From the NCBI GenBank assembly GCA_013265495.1, contig MU061560.1:372001-436000 (forward strand): a stretch of 64,000 bases of DNA. Direction: 5' to 3'. Shown piece after piece: positions 11,736-26,088 of this stretch. Every line of letters begins with the position of its first letter. Position 1 is the stretch's first letter. A program made the translations under genes and the position numbers. Below the pieces are notes generated by a model. It searched no databases, had not been told where the DNA came from, and was given only the letters and a program-made list of their open reading frames with translations. This stretch comes from Vicugna vicugna (lineage: Eukaryota).

Positions 11736-11868
11736 GGGGAAGGGTATAGCTCAAGTGGTACAGTGCTTTCTTGGCATCCACAAGGTCCTGGGTTCAATCC
11801 CCAGTACCCCCTCTAAAAAATAAATAAGTAAACCTAATTACCTTCCCCCCCCAAAACAAACACACGAT
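11736..11868 (+). mobile_element. tRNA-derived SINE (Vic-type) inside the BICD1 3'UTR
   Basis: SINE head and tail present, with TSD gcagggct at 11727-11734 and 11869-11876. Confidence 0.88.
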
Positions 11869-14800
11869 GCAGGGCTCTAACAATGGTGGCCTAGGAGGAG
11901 CCACTCAGCTTACTGAGCAAAAGCAGGTGGTGCACTAGCGGAGTGGCCCATCCCAGATGGCAGCCCATGGGTAAGTTACAAAGCACAGGGTCGGAGCTCT
12001 CATCAGTCACGCACCTGTTAGAGGTCACTGTTACCAAAGCAACCAAGAGATTTTTTGAGTTCCTTCTACGAGTGCTATTTTCAACAGTGTCCTTTATTAT
12101 GCAACTTGGGGTAGTTGGAGATTTTCACCAAGATAGGGATTCAGGTTAAAATACAGAAAATCAAGTCAGATCGCCATCAAGTCCTGATCATGGCAGCCTA
12201 ACCTTCTGCCCGTTGCCTTGTCTTCCTAGACATTGTCTTCATCTTGTTGGTGGTGTATCTGCCAGCCACCAGCGTCAGTGAGACAGTGTGGGTTTTTTTA
12301 GAGTTCAGTTAAAGGAAGCTCCGCAACTCGCTTTTTCTTTTCTCTTCTTTTTCAAGCGTCTTGTGTTTGGACCTGAGACGTGGCGTAGCTGCTAAGTTGA
12401 CTTTTAATAAAACTGTGCCTGAGGGAAAATAATGCCTTTTTGAAAAGTACCTCAGAACATCTTCCCATGTTGCCTCGTCAGTGTCGGTGGTGGTGCAGGG
12501 AGGGAGGTTAGCAGAGAGTGTTGCCTGTGTGCGACTCGAGGGCAGTCATGCTCCCTCACTCTGTGTTTACGACCAGCTGAAAAACTGGGTCATAGACAAA
12601 ACCATTTATTTCTTTCAATAAAAAGTTTATCAGTAAGTCTACTATATACTAGTTTAATTTAAGTTCATTATATTAATAAAGTGGGAAATGCTTGTTTTGA
12701 AGTAGTAATTCTATACAAATGTGAAGTTTAGCAAAACTTTGCCAAAAAGATATAAAAACTGGGAAATAAATTTCTAATTTTCAGCACAAAATTAAACAAC
12801 AGTCCCTAAGCAGTAAGAGAGAATCCCATGTATTTTTATGGTGGCATCATTTCATGTAGTTTAAACTGAGCCGTATCATTTTATTTACAGGCATTTAAAA
12901 TGAACGAATTTGTGTAGCATTGGTAAAAATCAGTACCTGTAAAGAAGCATTAGGGTTCAAAAAGAAATTGGGAAATTGAAGAACTAGTGGAAATAAAAAA
13001 GAATGAACCTCCGTAAGACCAGTTGAAGACAGATTTGGGAAAGAAAAACCAACTATAAAATATAATTAAAATACTGGCTAATTGTTGCAAACCCAGAGGG
13101 CAAAGATAAAACGTAGCAAGAAAGAGTGGCTTAGCAAAGTAACCAGGTCGTTTTAAAAGTAAGCACAATTACCATACTGAAAAGAATAGCATGCAGAAAT
13201 GCTGTCCTGCTGAGGGTTTCTCTTAGTTAAAAAATAAAATAAAAAGGAGCAATAAATCCCCTTTGGTCTGGATGCACAGGGGCATACAGGACCCTCAGGT
13301 TAAACTTTCCAGTCAATTCATAATTCATCAGATCCGTTTCTGTATCCAATTCTGTTTCAGTAAGAGGAATTTGGAGAACTTTGAGGAAATAGAAAGTTAT
13401 AAAATAATTTTTAGAAAGATCTATTTAGCAAGATTATACTTTAGCTTAAAGAAAAAGAGGTACAATAGTGATCTTTGAGAAAAGGAAAGCTAACAAGTGA
13501 TAGGTGCCAGCTATAGATACTAAGACTAGAATAAGAAAAACAAAGTCTTCAGTGTGAAGGATTTATATTAACTTCGGGAAGGAGATTTTTAACAGTGGGA
13601 AATTAATCACTGAAATTAATAATCTTAAGGAAGATTTGTTTTTTAAAAATTAAATACTATTGGTTGTCTAGTACAGATTAAATTATATGGCAAGATATCT
13701 TATGATAATGTACTGTAATTCTGGGATTCCATAATTCTATGATTCTTTCACTTTAAATTTCAAAATACATGAAAGGTCTACTGGTTAGTCATAAAATATT
13801 TTATCCCTTAAAAATAGGGCAGCAATCTTAATTTTTTCAAGGTATTTGACAAAAAACAAGACAGGATTGCTGGTATTATTTTTTCCTTCCAGCTATAATT
13901 CATAACATCTTTAAAGTTGTCCAGAATGTAGCAATTTTACTATAAAAAGCCTCAACTGTCAGAGTCTAAAATGACAAATGTCCTCAGGAATACTTCAGAA
14001 ATAGAAGGTCTGCAATCCCCCAGGGGGCAAATGCCTCTCAATTTTTATCTTTTCTTAAAAGGATCTTCAATCTACAGTGTTTGCTTTTCTATGCTTTGGA
14101 AAATATTCCTGTACAGATAGTCATTCTATTTCAAACAAGCATGTACCACCAGTCAAATAAATCAATTATGAATGTGGACATTTCCTGATGTTCTATATTA
14201 AATAAAATCCTCACAATTCTCAAGAGAAAATTACAAAATATGAAAAAGGAAAGAAAATAAGGAAGAAATAAATGAAATGTATTTTCTACTGGGATAAGAA
14301 CGGCAAATTTAATGTATAATTGTTATCATCCATCAGCCAAAAGACATAATCTGTATCTCAGAAAGACACATCATAGGAAACTAATGGATTTCCAGTAAGA
14401 AAGTGTGCTCGTTCAACCCATGGATGCCACAAATGCACTAATATTATAGATATAAAGACTAGATTAAAAAGGAACTCTTAGGATAGACTTCCCAATTTAA
14501 AAAATTTACCCCCTAAGTTTTTTGTTTATTTATAAACCAGAGTGATTTTAAATTGTCCTCGTATTTAAGATTGCAAAAAATTTACAAGAATATGTTTTCA
14601 GTAAAGAGAACACAATTCTTCAAAAAGCTGTTCCATTGGGGTTGTGAGAGAGAGCATGATCAGTGCTGATACTGACAACTTTTACCTTAAAATCAATTTC
14701 TATGGACATACAAGGCCCATCTAGCTCCCGAGTGACCTTTTCTGTTGTCTGTAATAACGCCCCTAGATGAGCTGTATCTGTAATTTGATTCATCGTTATT

Positions 14801-16305
14801 TTAGTGCAACGGTAACTGCCATTGGCCCCTGATGTATTATTGCATTTGTATCCTGATCCTGTTATGTTAACTCCTGAAAGATTTCATCTAGACATCTCTC
14901 GTGTCCTTCTGACTCAAAGCGTAACTAACAGATACAGTATCAAGCTATGTCCCCCAATCAAGGATTTTCCAGAAATAATATTCTACTTACAAAGAAGAGC
15001 AGCAGTTAACTGCCTTTAGAGTAAGGGTGTGAGTGCATAAAATTATGCCGTGTAAAATGTTTGCATGAGATATTGCACATCATGTAAGCTTTCCCATATT
15101 CACAATATGAACACTATGGAAAGTCTTATTTCTTTTGTCTCCATTAGGAATGTGAGGAGATTGTTACCTGTATCCGGTCTCCTTTCCGTATTGAAATGCA
15201 TGGCTCTAATCCTCAGTGTCTTTTTATCCCTTTCCTCTGGAGTTATTTAGAATTTGCCCTATTTAAACCGAAGCCTGGGTAAACTGCTGAGCCAGATTAT
15301 TTCCATGACTGGAGTTTAATTGCTGTGGAACAGCGGTTGAGAGCACATTTTTATTTTAACTTTTTTCCCCCTTCAGAATGATTCTCTGATCATCAGGTTA
15401 GCTAATGAATACACTGAGGAGTAAATCTGCTGCTCTTTAGTGTAACTGTTTCCTTTTTTAAAAAGTCATTTTTAAACAAAGATTGGAGAACTATAGAGAA
15501 AAATGTTGTCATGTGTTGACCAGTCATTATTCGATGATAATGGAGATACAGAATGAGTCATTTTGTTGTTTGGGTTCAAAGATCTGATTGTGCACCAAAT
15601 CTCAGAGGAAGTAAATGATTTTAACGTTATTGCCACAAAGTTTTTAGCTCAATGGTTTGACTGTTAGAGTCAATTAAACAGTTCTTTGAAAGTCTTTCAT
15701 GACATTTTTGTAATCTACTCAGTGTTTTTATTTGCATGATTATGCATATGTGACGAACCATACATAATTCTGACATTGTATTTCTTTCCAGTATTAACAT
15801 TTGTGTAACATGTGGCTGACCCGGATTTGTACCCTGTATGATTATTGTTGTAATGATCCTGCTATTCCTACATTTCACTGCAATTCTGTTATTATGCCTT
15901 TTGGGGTTAAATGTGAAGTGTTTCCACCTAATGCTAACACCATATGAAAACACGACTAAAAGACTGACCTCAGACACTCTTCTGTTGCTAATTATTTTTT
16001 AAATCCAAATTTCAAAGGAAACTTGTTCTCAAAGACATACGCATTTATTTTAAATCCAAAAAAGTTCTTTTACGAATTTATTTTTGCTTGTCCTTTTTAA
16101 CTTTTTTGTTGTTGACAATCCTAAGTGAGTGTCCCATGGGAGAATCCATATAATATGTGCTTGTATTTGTGTAATCTGATCACGCACTCAACGGTTGGAA
16201 AAGGCACTACAGTGCTAAGAAAATAAGTGAGGCCAATATATCAATTCTTTTATCTTCGTTTATGTTACCAACTGAATATGGTGTAATGCATAACTCTTTC
16301 CAGTA

Positions 16306-16311
16306 AATAAA
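16306..16311 (+). terminator. Candidate distal polyadenylation signal of BICD1
   Basis: AATAAA with upstream TGTA motifs (~16163, 16170, 16282), a CA ~21 nt downstream and T/GT-rich sequence at 16345-16390. Confidence 0.6.
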
Positions 16312-17837
16312 ATGGTTATCTTTGTTCATTTCATCTACGCTACCTTTTTATCGGTTTGAGCAGTTTTTCTGTATTTCATGTTGATTTGTACTTACACAAA
16401 AAGAAAAAAGTTATGAATTTCTATGATTTATATATTTAAAGTGAGCACTTATTCAAACTAAAAACTGAATATTTTGCTTTGACATCTCTACACATTCTTA
16501 TTAAGAAATGTGTGTCAACTTTGCCCATTTTCTCCATTTATCATTGCTCCTACTTGTAATCTTTTCTAAAGGGTTATTTTGCAGGGAGGATATGCTTAGC
16601 TGAATTAGATTAGAAATGTGCCAACAGGAAGGAAATGCCTGTTCTTAAAAAAAGGAAACATTTTAATGAAAGAAGAAGGGAAGTTTGTATGCTTTATTTG
16701 GGGAGACAGTTCTTTGTTCTCTTTCATATGAAGAAGCAGCAGAGTCCCAAAACTTCGAGGAAGGTTAATTTACTAGCTCCTTCTTCAGGTATGTGTGTTT
16801 TAGCAGATCAGCTGCTTGGGGAGTCATCTGCTTTGACCTGATTTTCTTTCTGGAGGCAGGGGAGATGGAGAACCAGAACATGGACTTCAGTGAGGTTCTA
16901 ATGAGCTGAAACCTCGAAGGCAAACCCCTTTTTAATGAATCAAATTAACCCACCGTGGGCACTGCGACAGCCCCAGCTAAAGTCGCTTGCTTATCTGTTG
17001 TATAAACACAACACTAAAATCAATAGCATAAACTTTCCTAAAAATCCCTTTTTTCTCCTCTGAAAGCTGCCGTTTTCCTTTGAGATTATAAGCGTTTGGT
17101 CCTTGATCCTCTCATGGGCAATAAAGCTGATAGTTACGTTCAAAAGCTAGAAGAGCTGGACCAGCCTCCAGGAGTGTCCAGGTGTCTTCTCATCCCTATG
17201 TCTGGCAGGCAGCCTGGAGAGACACTCTACTGAAGGCACCATGGAGGGGTCCTGCGCCCCCACTGAGAATAAGACAGAGGCCAGAATGGATGAGACCTTG
17301 TGGGCAGGATTTGCTTGGTTTTTACTTGTATACACATTGACTAGCACGTTGTAGGCACTCAATAAAGTGGGTTCCTTGGCTCCTTGCCAGCTAGCTTTGC
17401 TTTTACAGCATATGTGGATTTGAGTTTATAGAACTTAATGTCACCTACGATCGTATGAGCAGGCACTAAATGCCAACTAATTGGGGGAGATGATCTTTAA
17501 GTGAATGGTTATTCTTATTCTCTCTTGGTCAGTCTGAAAAATGGATCTCTAACCTTGCATTTGAAGGAGATTAATGTGTACAATGAAGTAATCTGACTGA
17601 GTCCCTTCTTAAACTTGTTATGAATCAACTATCACTTCAAAACTTTACGAAGCAGCTCAGGATAATTCATTTACAATATAACTGTCAAGGAAGATGAATC
17701 TCACAGGAAAAAAATATTGCCAGTAGCAGAAGTAAACATAATTTATAATGTGACTTAAATGTAAAAAGCAATATGAAGATACATAAACCATAGCTATAGT
17801 TACATCCTGCTAAGCAGTAAAGAAATGGTTGGTTATA

Positions 17838-18011
17838 ACTGTCGACATAATTTGTGAGACCAGTGCAAAATCAAAATGCAGACCAAAATCTACTTGTTCA
17901 AAAATTATTAGGAATTTCAAGACAGTGACAGCAGGACACTAAACTAAACAGGAAGCTAAGCACAGAGCCCTTGTGACCTCAGAAGTCCACACGCCCATGA
18001 AGCCAGCCTTG
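17838..18011 (-). mobile_element. MER45A-like hAT-Tip100 MITE
   Basis: The reverse complement begins caaggctggcttcatgggcgtg and contains ttgaaattcctaataatttttgaacaag...attttgcactgg, as in the recalled MER45A consensus. Confidence 0.7.
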
Positions 18012-18924
18012 CCCCAGAATGTAGTGAAATAATGACTCAGAGCTCAACACAGTGTATTTATCCAGAATCTGGCTTTCATTTTTAACAGAATAGATTTCCC
18101 ACTTTCTGTGCTTGGAAGAAAAAATAATGTGTTTTTGTTCTTCAAAGACTTATAAAGTTGAATCTTGCAATGCTCACATATCCCAGTGCAACCATAATTG
18201 TCAACTCAAAATTTCTAAACTCTCATATACGTACCATGTTGTGCAGAGATTATCAAAATCATTAAAAGAAATCTTCAAAACATCAGCAGTAGACATTTTA
18301 ATTCATGTATATTAACGTAAAACTAATTCAAGAACCCTCCTGATACTTTCATAATTTGATTTCCTTTGAAAGTATAAATTATTAATAGTCAGTCAAATGT
18401 CACAGGAAGATTCAGCTCATTTAAAAGACCTGTTAGCTCAAGATTAATAGGTAATTCATATCAACTTTTCTTCTGAATAAATCAAAGGGGAAAGAAATTA
18501 TTTACGTGACTGAAATCTGTTGACACTGAAAACAGGGGCACTCGTGTTATAGTAAGCTACCCTGTGTGTAAGAAAGGGAGAAAACCACAATGTACGTATA
18601 TTTTTTCCTGTTTTTAATAAAGTAACAGTGGAAACCTAGAGAAGTGGTTATCTGTAAAAGAGCGCAGGGGCTGCAGGAAGGAACCGGGGGAAGCCAGATT
18701 CCTCAGGAGGCAAATGCCTTGCTATATTGTTTTCTAGTTCCACGTGGAAATACAGTATCTATTCAAAAATTAAAAAATAAATAAAAAGTAAAATAAATAG
18801 ATGCCCTCAAAATTTTCACAATGAAGTCAGAAATAGAAACTGGCATGAATCCTAGAGAAATGATTGTTTTAAAGCCGGCTATGTTGGTAGAAGTATTTTT
18901 TCAAAGTGAGGAATTTCGTGTGAA

Positions 18925-19995
<1,071 letters not shown>

Positions 19996-20059
19996 GGCTT
20001 CAGTAGCTAATGTTATTTCCAATAACTCAGTGTCTGGGCTATTGGAGTCCTATATGAAT

Positions 20060-20400
20060 GGAGTTCATTCATTCACTTGTACATGCATTAATTCAGCAAA
20101 TACTCATCAAGAACCTATTTCATGTTAGATACTGCTCTAGGGGCTTGCCATACGTCAGAGAATAAAACAAAGAAGGTTCACGCCTTTTTAAAGTTTGTGT
20201 CATATGTACAGCATTCATGAGGGAAACATACGAAAACCAGAGAGCATGATAAATATGGAAATGTCAAAGCATGTCAGTGAAACTTATGGAAAAATTCAAA
20301 AAGTGGAACAGGGAAAGGAAGTTGTGCCGGGCTGAGTGGGGAAGAGGTGAAGCAGATTGTAGTATTAAATGGGGTGGTCAGTTGGATCTTGTTAAAAAGA
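20060..20400 (-). mobile_element. L2 LINE 3' remnant
   Basis: It reads ttcattcattcac...attcagcaaatactcatcaagaacctatttcatgttagatactgctctagggg, typical of a reversed L2 3' end. Boundaries are approximate. Confidence 0.55.
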
Positions 20401-23400
20401 AGAATAAATAAGATAAAAATCATCCTGTTTACATCATGATTGTTTCAGTTTTTAAATTACTAAATTACATAGTTTGTTCAAATTTTTAGAAGTTGTTATT
20501 CATCTAAAAATATCAAACAGCAATGTACATTAGGCAACAGGCATTTTCCAAAACTAGTCTTTTAAAAGGTTATAATAATTTGGAGTTAACAGTACAACAA
20601 TATGCGTATGTTGTATTAAATAATAATTAAGTAATTTAAAATTAGTTATAAAATATATGACTATATACTTTTCAATATATAGTCAGAGAGTAAGCTAAGC
20701 TTTCTTCTAGTCCTTAATTCCAACTGTCTCCTCCTTGACTGACCCTTCCATCCAAATTTTCTGTAAAATTAAGGGCATCTTTTAAAATATGTTCTCACGG
20801 ACTTTCTTCCTTAATACAAAGGTGAGAAGAGAATGATCACATTGCTCAGCTTTGCGCTAGCTTGCTGCTGAGTGTTACCATTTTTTTAGATTTGTATAGA
20901 TCCAGACTTCAAACTTGGCTATTTCAGTAGAACTGACAGAAAGTAATATATATTTAAAGCTCGGCTTTCTCTCATGAATAGTTGCCCTAATTCTGGGTCA
21001 CCTTATCAGAAAATAAAAGGCGCATTACTGAATGTATTTATGTAACATGGGTAAAGCCTCATCAAATTACATGCCTAGGTGAGTATGCATACTTAACAAA
21101 TTTCAAAGATGGAAATACAATCCAACTGGTGAAAATATTACCTATTAAAAGTCTGTTTATTATCTCCTATGAAGAGTTCTTTCATGTCACTTCTTTCCAG
21201 CAGATGCAAACATTAAGCTAACTTGAATTTGGGTATCATTATGATAATATGATTTTAATTATATACACCAAACCAGCCAAAGGTCATCTTTTTAAAAGTG
21301 TGCATTATCTGGAAAGGGGCTGTTCTTTGCACTGGATGATGGCAGCCTACCATTATCTGTAATATCATTTGATTTCCACATCTAAAGATGTTCCTTAAAT
21401 ATTCCTTGGAAACACATTCTTATTGGATGCTGAATATTCCGAAGCCCACATGTGAATATACTGTGCACATTACTATGTAATTTCTATATATTTTTAAAGA
21501 TATGTGCCTTACACTTAAAGGATATTTTCTTGTTCGATGTATTTCATTAGCACTTTGGAAGTGAGATCAGATCAGGGAAATGGAGCAACTTCATGTTTCT
21601 TCTATCGTTGAAATTAAAACCAAATGAGCTCCAGTGTCGCGCGTATCAGTCTGCTCTCCTCTTACGTTCTCTTGATGAGAACTTTGTGCGTGAACATTAA
21701 AAGTGCAGTTTTCTCTTATAAACAACTTGGTTACTACTAGAAATTCTGATGGCAGTCAGTGGATGGACATTTACTGACTGCATACTCCATGCATGAATGG
21801 AATCTCAAAGATTTCTTTTAAGATCAATCAATCAAGCAAAATTAGAACAACTACCAAACATGCAAACTTAGACCGTGTGCTGATGGAATGGCATCCTCCT
21901 GCCATCTGCAACCCTACACGGAACAATGTTGATGCTTCTAGAGCAGTCCCATACTTAGGAGTTATGAATGCAGCATGGTACAGTTATAATATATACCAGA
22001 ATACATCTGATAAAGTTTGAAAACAAGCACAGAGAACATATGACTGGGTCTCTTCTCAGATGGAAAAAGCGATGCCTAAGGTACTGAACAAATCACTCAA
22101 GAACTAATCGTGTTCTTAAATACCCTCTGATCAGCAAAGACACAGGGTGATAATTGGTTGGGTAAGTGATGATCACACCAGTGAAGCTGCAGAGGCATTT
22201 TGTCAGCTTTTGAAGTTCAAGATTCTATTCACAGCCCAGCCTTGTGCATTGCACTTGTCCCTGGCAGAGCTCCCCCTGGTTGGATGGGCGTTTCATCTCT
22301 CCCTCACAGCCAGGAAGCATGGGAAAAACCTGCTCAGCTCAGGATGAAAACATTCATTTCACCCAAAATAAATCCGATTATTTTCCTTCGGATTAGTCAC
22401 AGGTGAGATTCTGCCAACCTCATTCGCTTATTTCCCAAATGTTTCCTTTCTCTTTTCCTAGTAATAAAAGCAATACATGCTGATTGTAGCAAATTTGGAA
22501 GATGCGGAAAAGTCAAAAGAAAAACAATAAAGTTCACCCATAATCTTACCTCTCAACAAAAACTGCTGTTAACCCTTTGGTGCCTTTTCTTGACATCATC
22601 CTGAATACATAATTCTGAAGCCTGCTTGTTTTCTCTTAACATTTTTTATGGTGATTTTTTTTCTAAGTTATGAAAAGTTTTCAACTACATTATTTTTAAG
22701 GCTGGCATAATACTCTACGGGATGGATAAACTATACATTTGAAAAAAGAAAATTCTCTTCTATTATTGGATACTTATGTTGCTTCCAGACTTCTGCTATT
22801 TTAAATAATGCCATTAAAAGCTTTATACAGAAAATTGCCATCTAAATTTCCAGCTGTTTACTCAGAGTCCACTCCCTCAGGACGAATACTGTAGATGGTC
22901 ATGAATATTTTTCCTTTCATGCATTTTTGTTCAGTAAATTTCAAGAAGTATTTTATTGTGTGGAAGCCACTGTGCAAGATGCTACAGAGGATACTAATAT
23001 GAACTAGACAGATTTGGCCTCAAGGAAATTGCAGTCTATAAAGGAGAGTCAGACGGAAGTGTACATAATTAGGATACATAATGGAAAGTGATACATTCCA
23101 CAAACAAAGGTTTTGATTTGCGCTTTGGAGATTCAAAAATTAGGAGTCTGTTTTCTCACGACAAACTAAAAATCATTCACATGAAAATGTTTATTTCCTG
23201 CTTTAAAAGTATTTCTGATGGCCAACATTCTCATTAAAATATTTATATCTATTTGTGTCTCCTCTGGAGAAAAACCCTCTATTAAAAGTATTGCATAAAT
23301 AATATCACTGGTTTCATCAGGCTTATACTTTGTCTCATTCTCATGGGAAATTTTAGGGTGTTTTGAATATGGTTATTTTTGATTCTAATGATTCAGAGCT

Positions 23401-23653
23401 ATGTGGGCCACTGCAACTGCCTATAGTGGCGTGAGCCTTCTAAAAAAGCAATGGTGTCATTGTGGAAAGATGTAAATTTACAATTACAAGTTGACCCTAC
23501 AGTCTTATAGGTTCTGTCATTTTCTGTTGACATTCTCATAGCACATACAAAAGCAAAATATCACAGAGCTTTAAATTACAGTTTTTGAGAATAGTTTGAT
23601 CATTTTTCAAAATCAAATGAAAATTTATGTAAGTATCTCATTTCCGTCTACAT

Positions 23654-23965
23654 CAGGGGTCAACAAATTTTCTCTGTAAAGGACTAGATAGTAAGTGTTT
23701 TCAGATTTGCTGTCCATCTGGTCTCTGTCTGCTCTGCTGTTGTAGTGCAAAGGCAGCCATAAATTGTTGTCTGGGTTCAATGAAATTTTGTTTCTGAACA
23801 TAGAAATTAGTGTTCTATGTAATTTCTCTATGTTGTAAAATATTCTTCTTTTGATTTTTCCCCAACCATTTAAAAAGTTAAAAGCCACTGGTATTTCACG
23901 AGCCATACCAGAACAGCAGGTGGTGGGCTGGGCTTGGCCCACAGGTCACAGTTTGCTGACCCCTT
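23654..23965. mobile_element. MER58-like hAT-Charlie MITE
   Basis: Terminal inverted repeats caggggtcaacaaa / gtttgctgacccct, with an 8-bp TSD gtctacat / atctagat. Confidence 0.8.
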
Positions 23966-24111
23966 ATCTAGATAATCTCATATAAAAACAATAAAGGGAT
24001 TATACATAAATCCTAAAATAAAATCTTGCTAAGCAGTAATAATAAATTATGAAATATAAGCCTTTTTTTTCCCCAAGTGATTTTCTTAAAATTTGGATAA
24101 ACTCTTTTCCC

Positions 24112-24869
24112 TGTATCAGTATGCTTTTGGCTCCAGGTAACAAAGAAGCCTAACAGTGGCTTAACAATTAGGACACTTAATCTTGTCATTTACTAAAGAT
24201 TCAAGAGGTAGGAAGTTCCAGGGTTGGTTCAGTAGTGTCTTTTTTTTTTATTTTAATTTTTTAATTTTGGTGGGGGGAGGTAATTAGGTTTACTTATTTA
24301 TTTATTTAGAGGAGGTCCTGGGGATTGAATCCAGGACTTCATGCATGCTAAGCATGTGCTGTAGCATTTGAGCCATACCCTCCCCCTGGTTCAGTAGTGT
24401 CTTGAACTTAGCAATGCAAGGACTCTTCCCATTATTCCATCATTCTGTTCTGCACTCTCCATAGATTGGCATCGTCTCGCCTGTCCGTCACATGATGACT
24501 ACATCATTTCAGGACTTACATCTGTATCTTGAAAAAAAACACATATAAAAGCAGGAGTAGAGAGAAGGTGGGTAGGGAGTGGGTTCCTTTTAATAAGTTC
24601 TTCTCTTATTGAGGAAGAAAATCCTTCCCAGAAGCCCATGGCAGATTTCCCCTCTAGACCCAGAACTGGATCGTAGGTTCGTATGCTTCCCCTAAATCAA
24701 CAACTGGTGAAGAATACAGGGTTCCTGTGATCACCGGATGCCATCCAGTTTTCCCATAAAGAAGCACAACTTGACCTCATTGCTAACCAACAGTTGAATT
24801 AAACTGTGTTTTGCTAACAAGCAAAAGTGGGGATGGCTGTTGAGTAGACAACCAAGAGTGCTTTCCACA
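24112..24869 (-). mobile_element. MLT1-type (ERVL-MaLR) LTR, interrupted by a SINE
   Basis: It carries MLT1-like motifs (tgcttttggctccaggtaacaaagaagcc...ggcttaac; ccttcccagaagccc...cagatttccc; ggatggctgttgagtagacaacc...ttccaca). Confidence 0.6.
24242..24386 (-). mobile_element. tRNA-derived SINE (Vic-type), antisense
   Basis: Perfect 17-bp TSD tggttcagtagtgtctt at 24225-24241 and 24387-24403. Confidence 0.92.
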
Positions 24870-25394
24870 TTCTTTTAATTTTTAATTAATGTATGAAGTG
24901 ATATACTTAAGGTATATAAAGCCAAATTATTAGGAAAAAACACTTTATTGAATGAGGTATGGGGTTTTTGTAACTCTGCTACAAATTTTCTGACTTCTTT
25001 ATATATTTCACCACTAACTCTTGATCAATCTTGAAATATTTCAGCTCAAAGAATATACTTCTTCTAGCAATAAGTAAATATAAACAAACAAACAAATAAA
25101 TAAAATCTGAAAAAGGAAACTTATTTAAAGCAGGCGCATATAAGAAGCTTTAGAAAAAGCACCCCCAGAATGTTATTTGAATTTAGAAAAGTGCAAAAAT
25201 GTATTTATCCACAAATACATGTATACCATATTTCATCCATCTTAAGACATATTTTTCCTTTTTTTTTTTTCACTTTTTAACATTTCTGAAACTGGGTTGC
25301 ATCTTATGATCAATGGCATCATACAATTGCTGAGAACCAGACAGCTCCTGGTAAAATACATCATCATGCATGTGCCATAAACTTGGTCATTGAG

Positions 25395-25628
25395 GTTGTT
25401 TTTGTAACGGTGGCAAAAATACACAGCATGAAATTTACTATCTTAATCATTTTAAGTGTGCCATACAGTAGTGTTAACTATCTGCACATTATTGTGCAAT
25501 AAACTCTAGAGCTTTTTCCTCTTGCAAAACCAAAGCTCTATACCCACTGAACAATAGCTCCCCTTCCCCCACCTCCCCCGTCTCCAGGAACCACCATTCT
25601 CCTGAGTTTGATTGCTTTAGATACTACA
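25395..25628 (-). mobile_element. Old L1 (L1MA/MB-like) 3' end fragment
   Basis: It reads aaatttactatcttaatcattttaagtgt...cacattattgtgcaa...ctctatacccactgaacaatagctcccc, a reversed L1 3'UTR. Confidence 0.65.
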
Positions 25629-25799
25629 TGATCATTGAGTTTGTGCATTGTAGATCTGCATGGTGAGTTTAAATGCATTAAAACATCTCCAAAGACATTT
25701 CACTATAATGTAAAATGACAACAGAAATGTTAGAATGTATTTAGAAAGGTACAGAAATAGAGCAACAGTTATAAATGTTTCATTAATAACCTTAGTAAT

Positions 25800-25993
25800 G
25801 GGGGGAAGGTATAGCTCAGTGGTAAAGCACATGCTTAGCATGCACAAGGTCCTGGGTTCAATTCCCAGTACCTCCATTGAATGAATGAAAGAATGAATGG
25901 ATAAATAAATAAATAAATAAATAAACAAATAAATAAATAAATAATAAACAAACCTAATTATCTCCCTTTGCCAAAAAAAGACAAAACAAAAAA

Positions 25994-26028
<35 letters not shown>

Positions 26029-26088
26029 AAACAAACCTAATTATCTCCCTTTGCCAAAAAAAGACAAAACAAAACAGTTAAAAAAGAA
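25800..26088 (+). mobile_element. tRNA-derived SINE (Vic-type) with (AAAT)n expansion and a duplicated tail
   Basis: The SINE head spans 25800-25876. A 46-nt tail block occurs twice, at 25946-25991 and 26029-26074. Confidence 0.88.

Larger units (their letters stand above)
10149..16333 (+). other. BICD1: Long BICD1 3'UTR (~6.2 kb, distal end inferred)
   Basis: An AT-rich, largely repeat-poor stretch follows the stop codon and ends at a canonical poly(A) signal with a U/GU-rich downstream element. The length is consistent with a multi-kb BICD1 UTR. The end is inferred, not measured. Confidence 0.65.
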
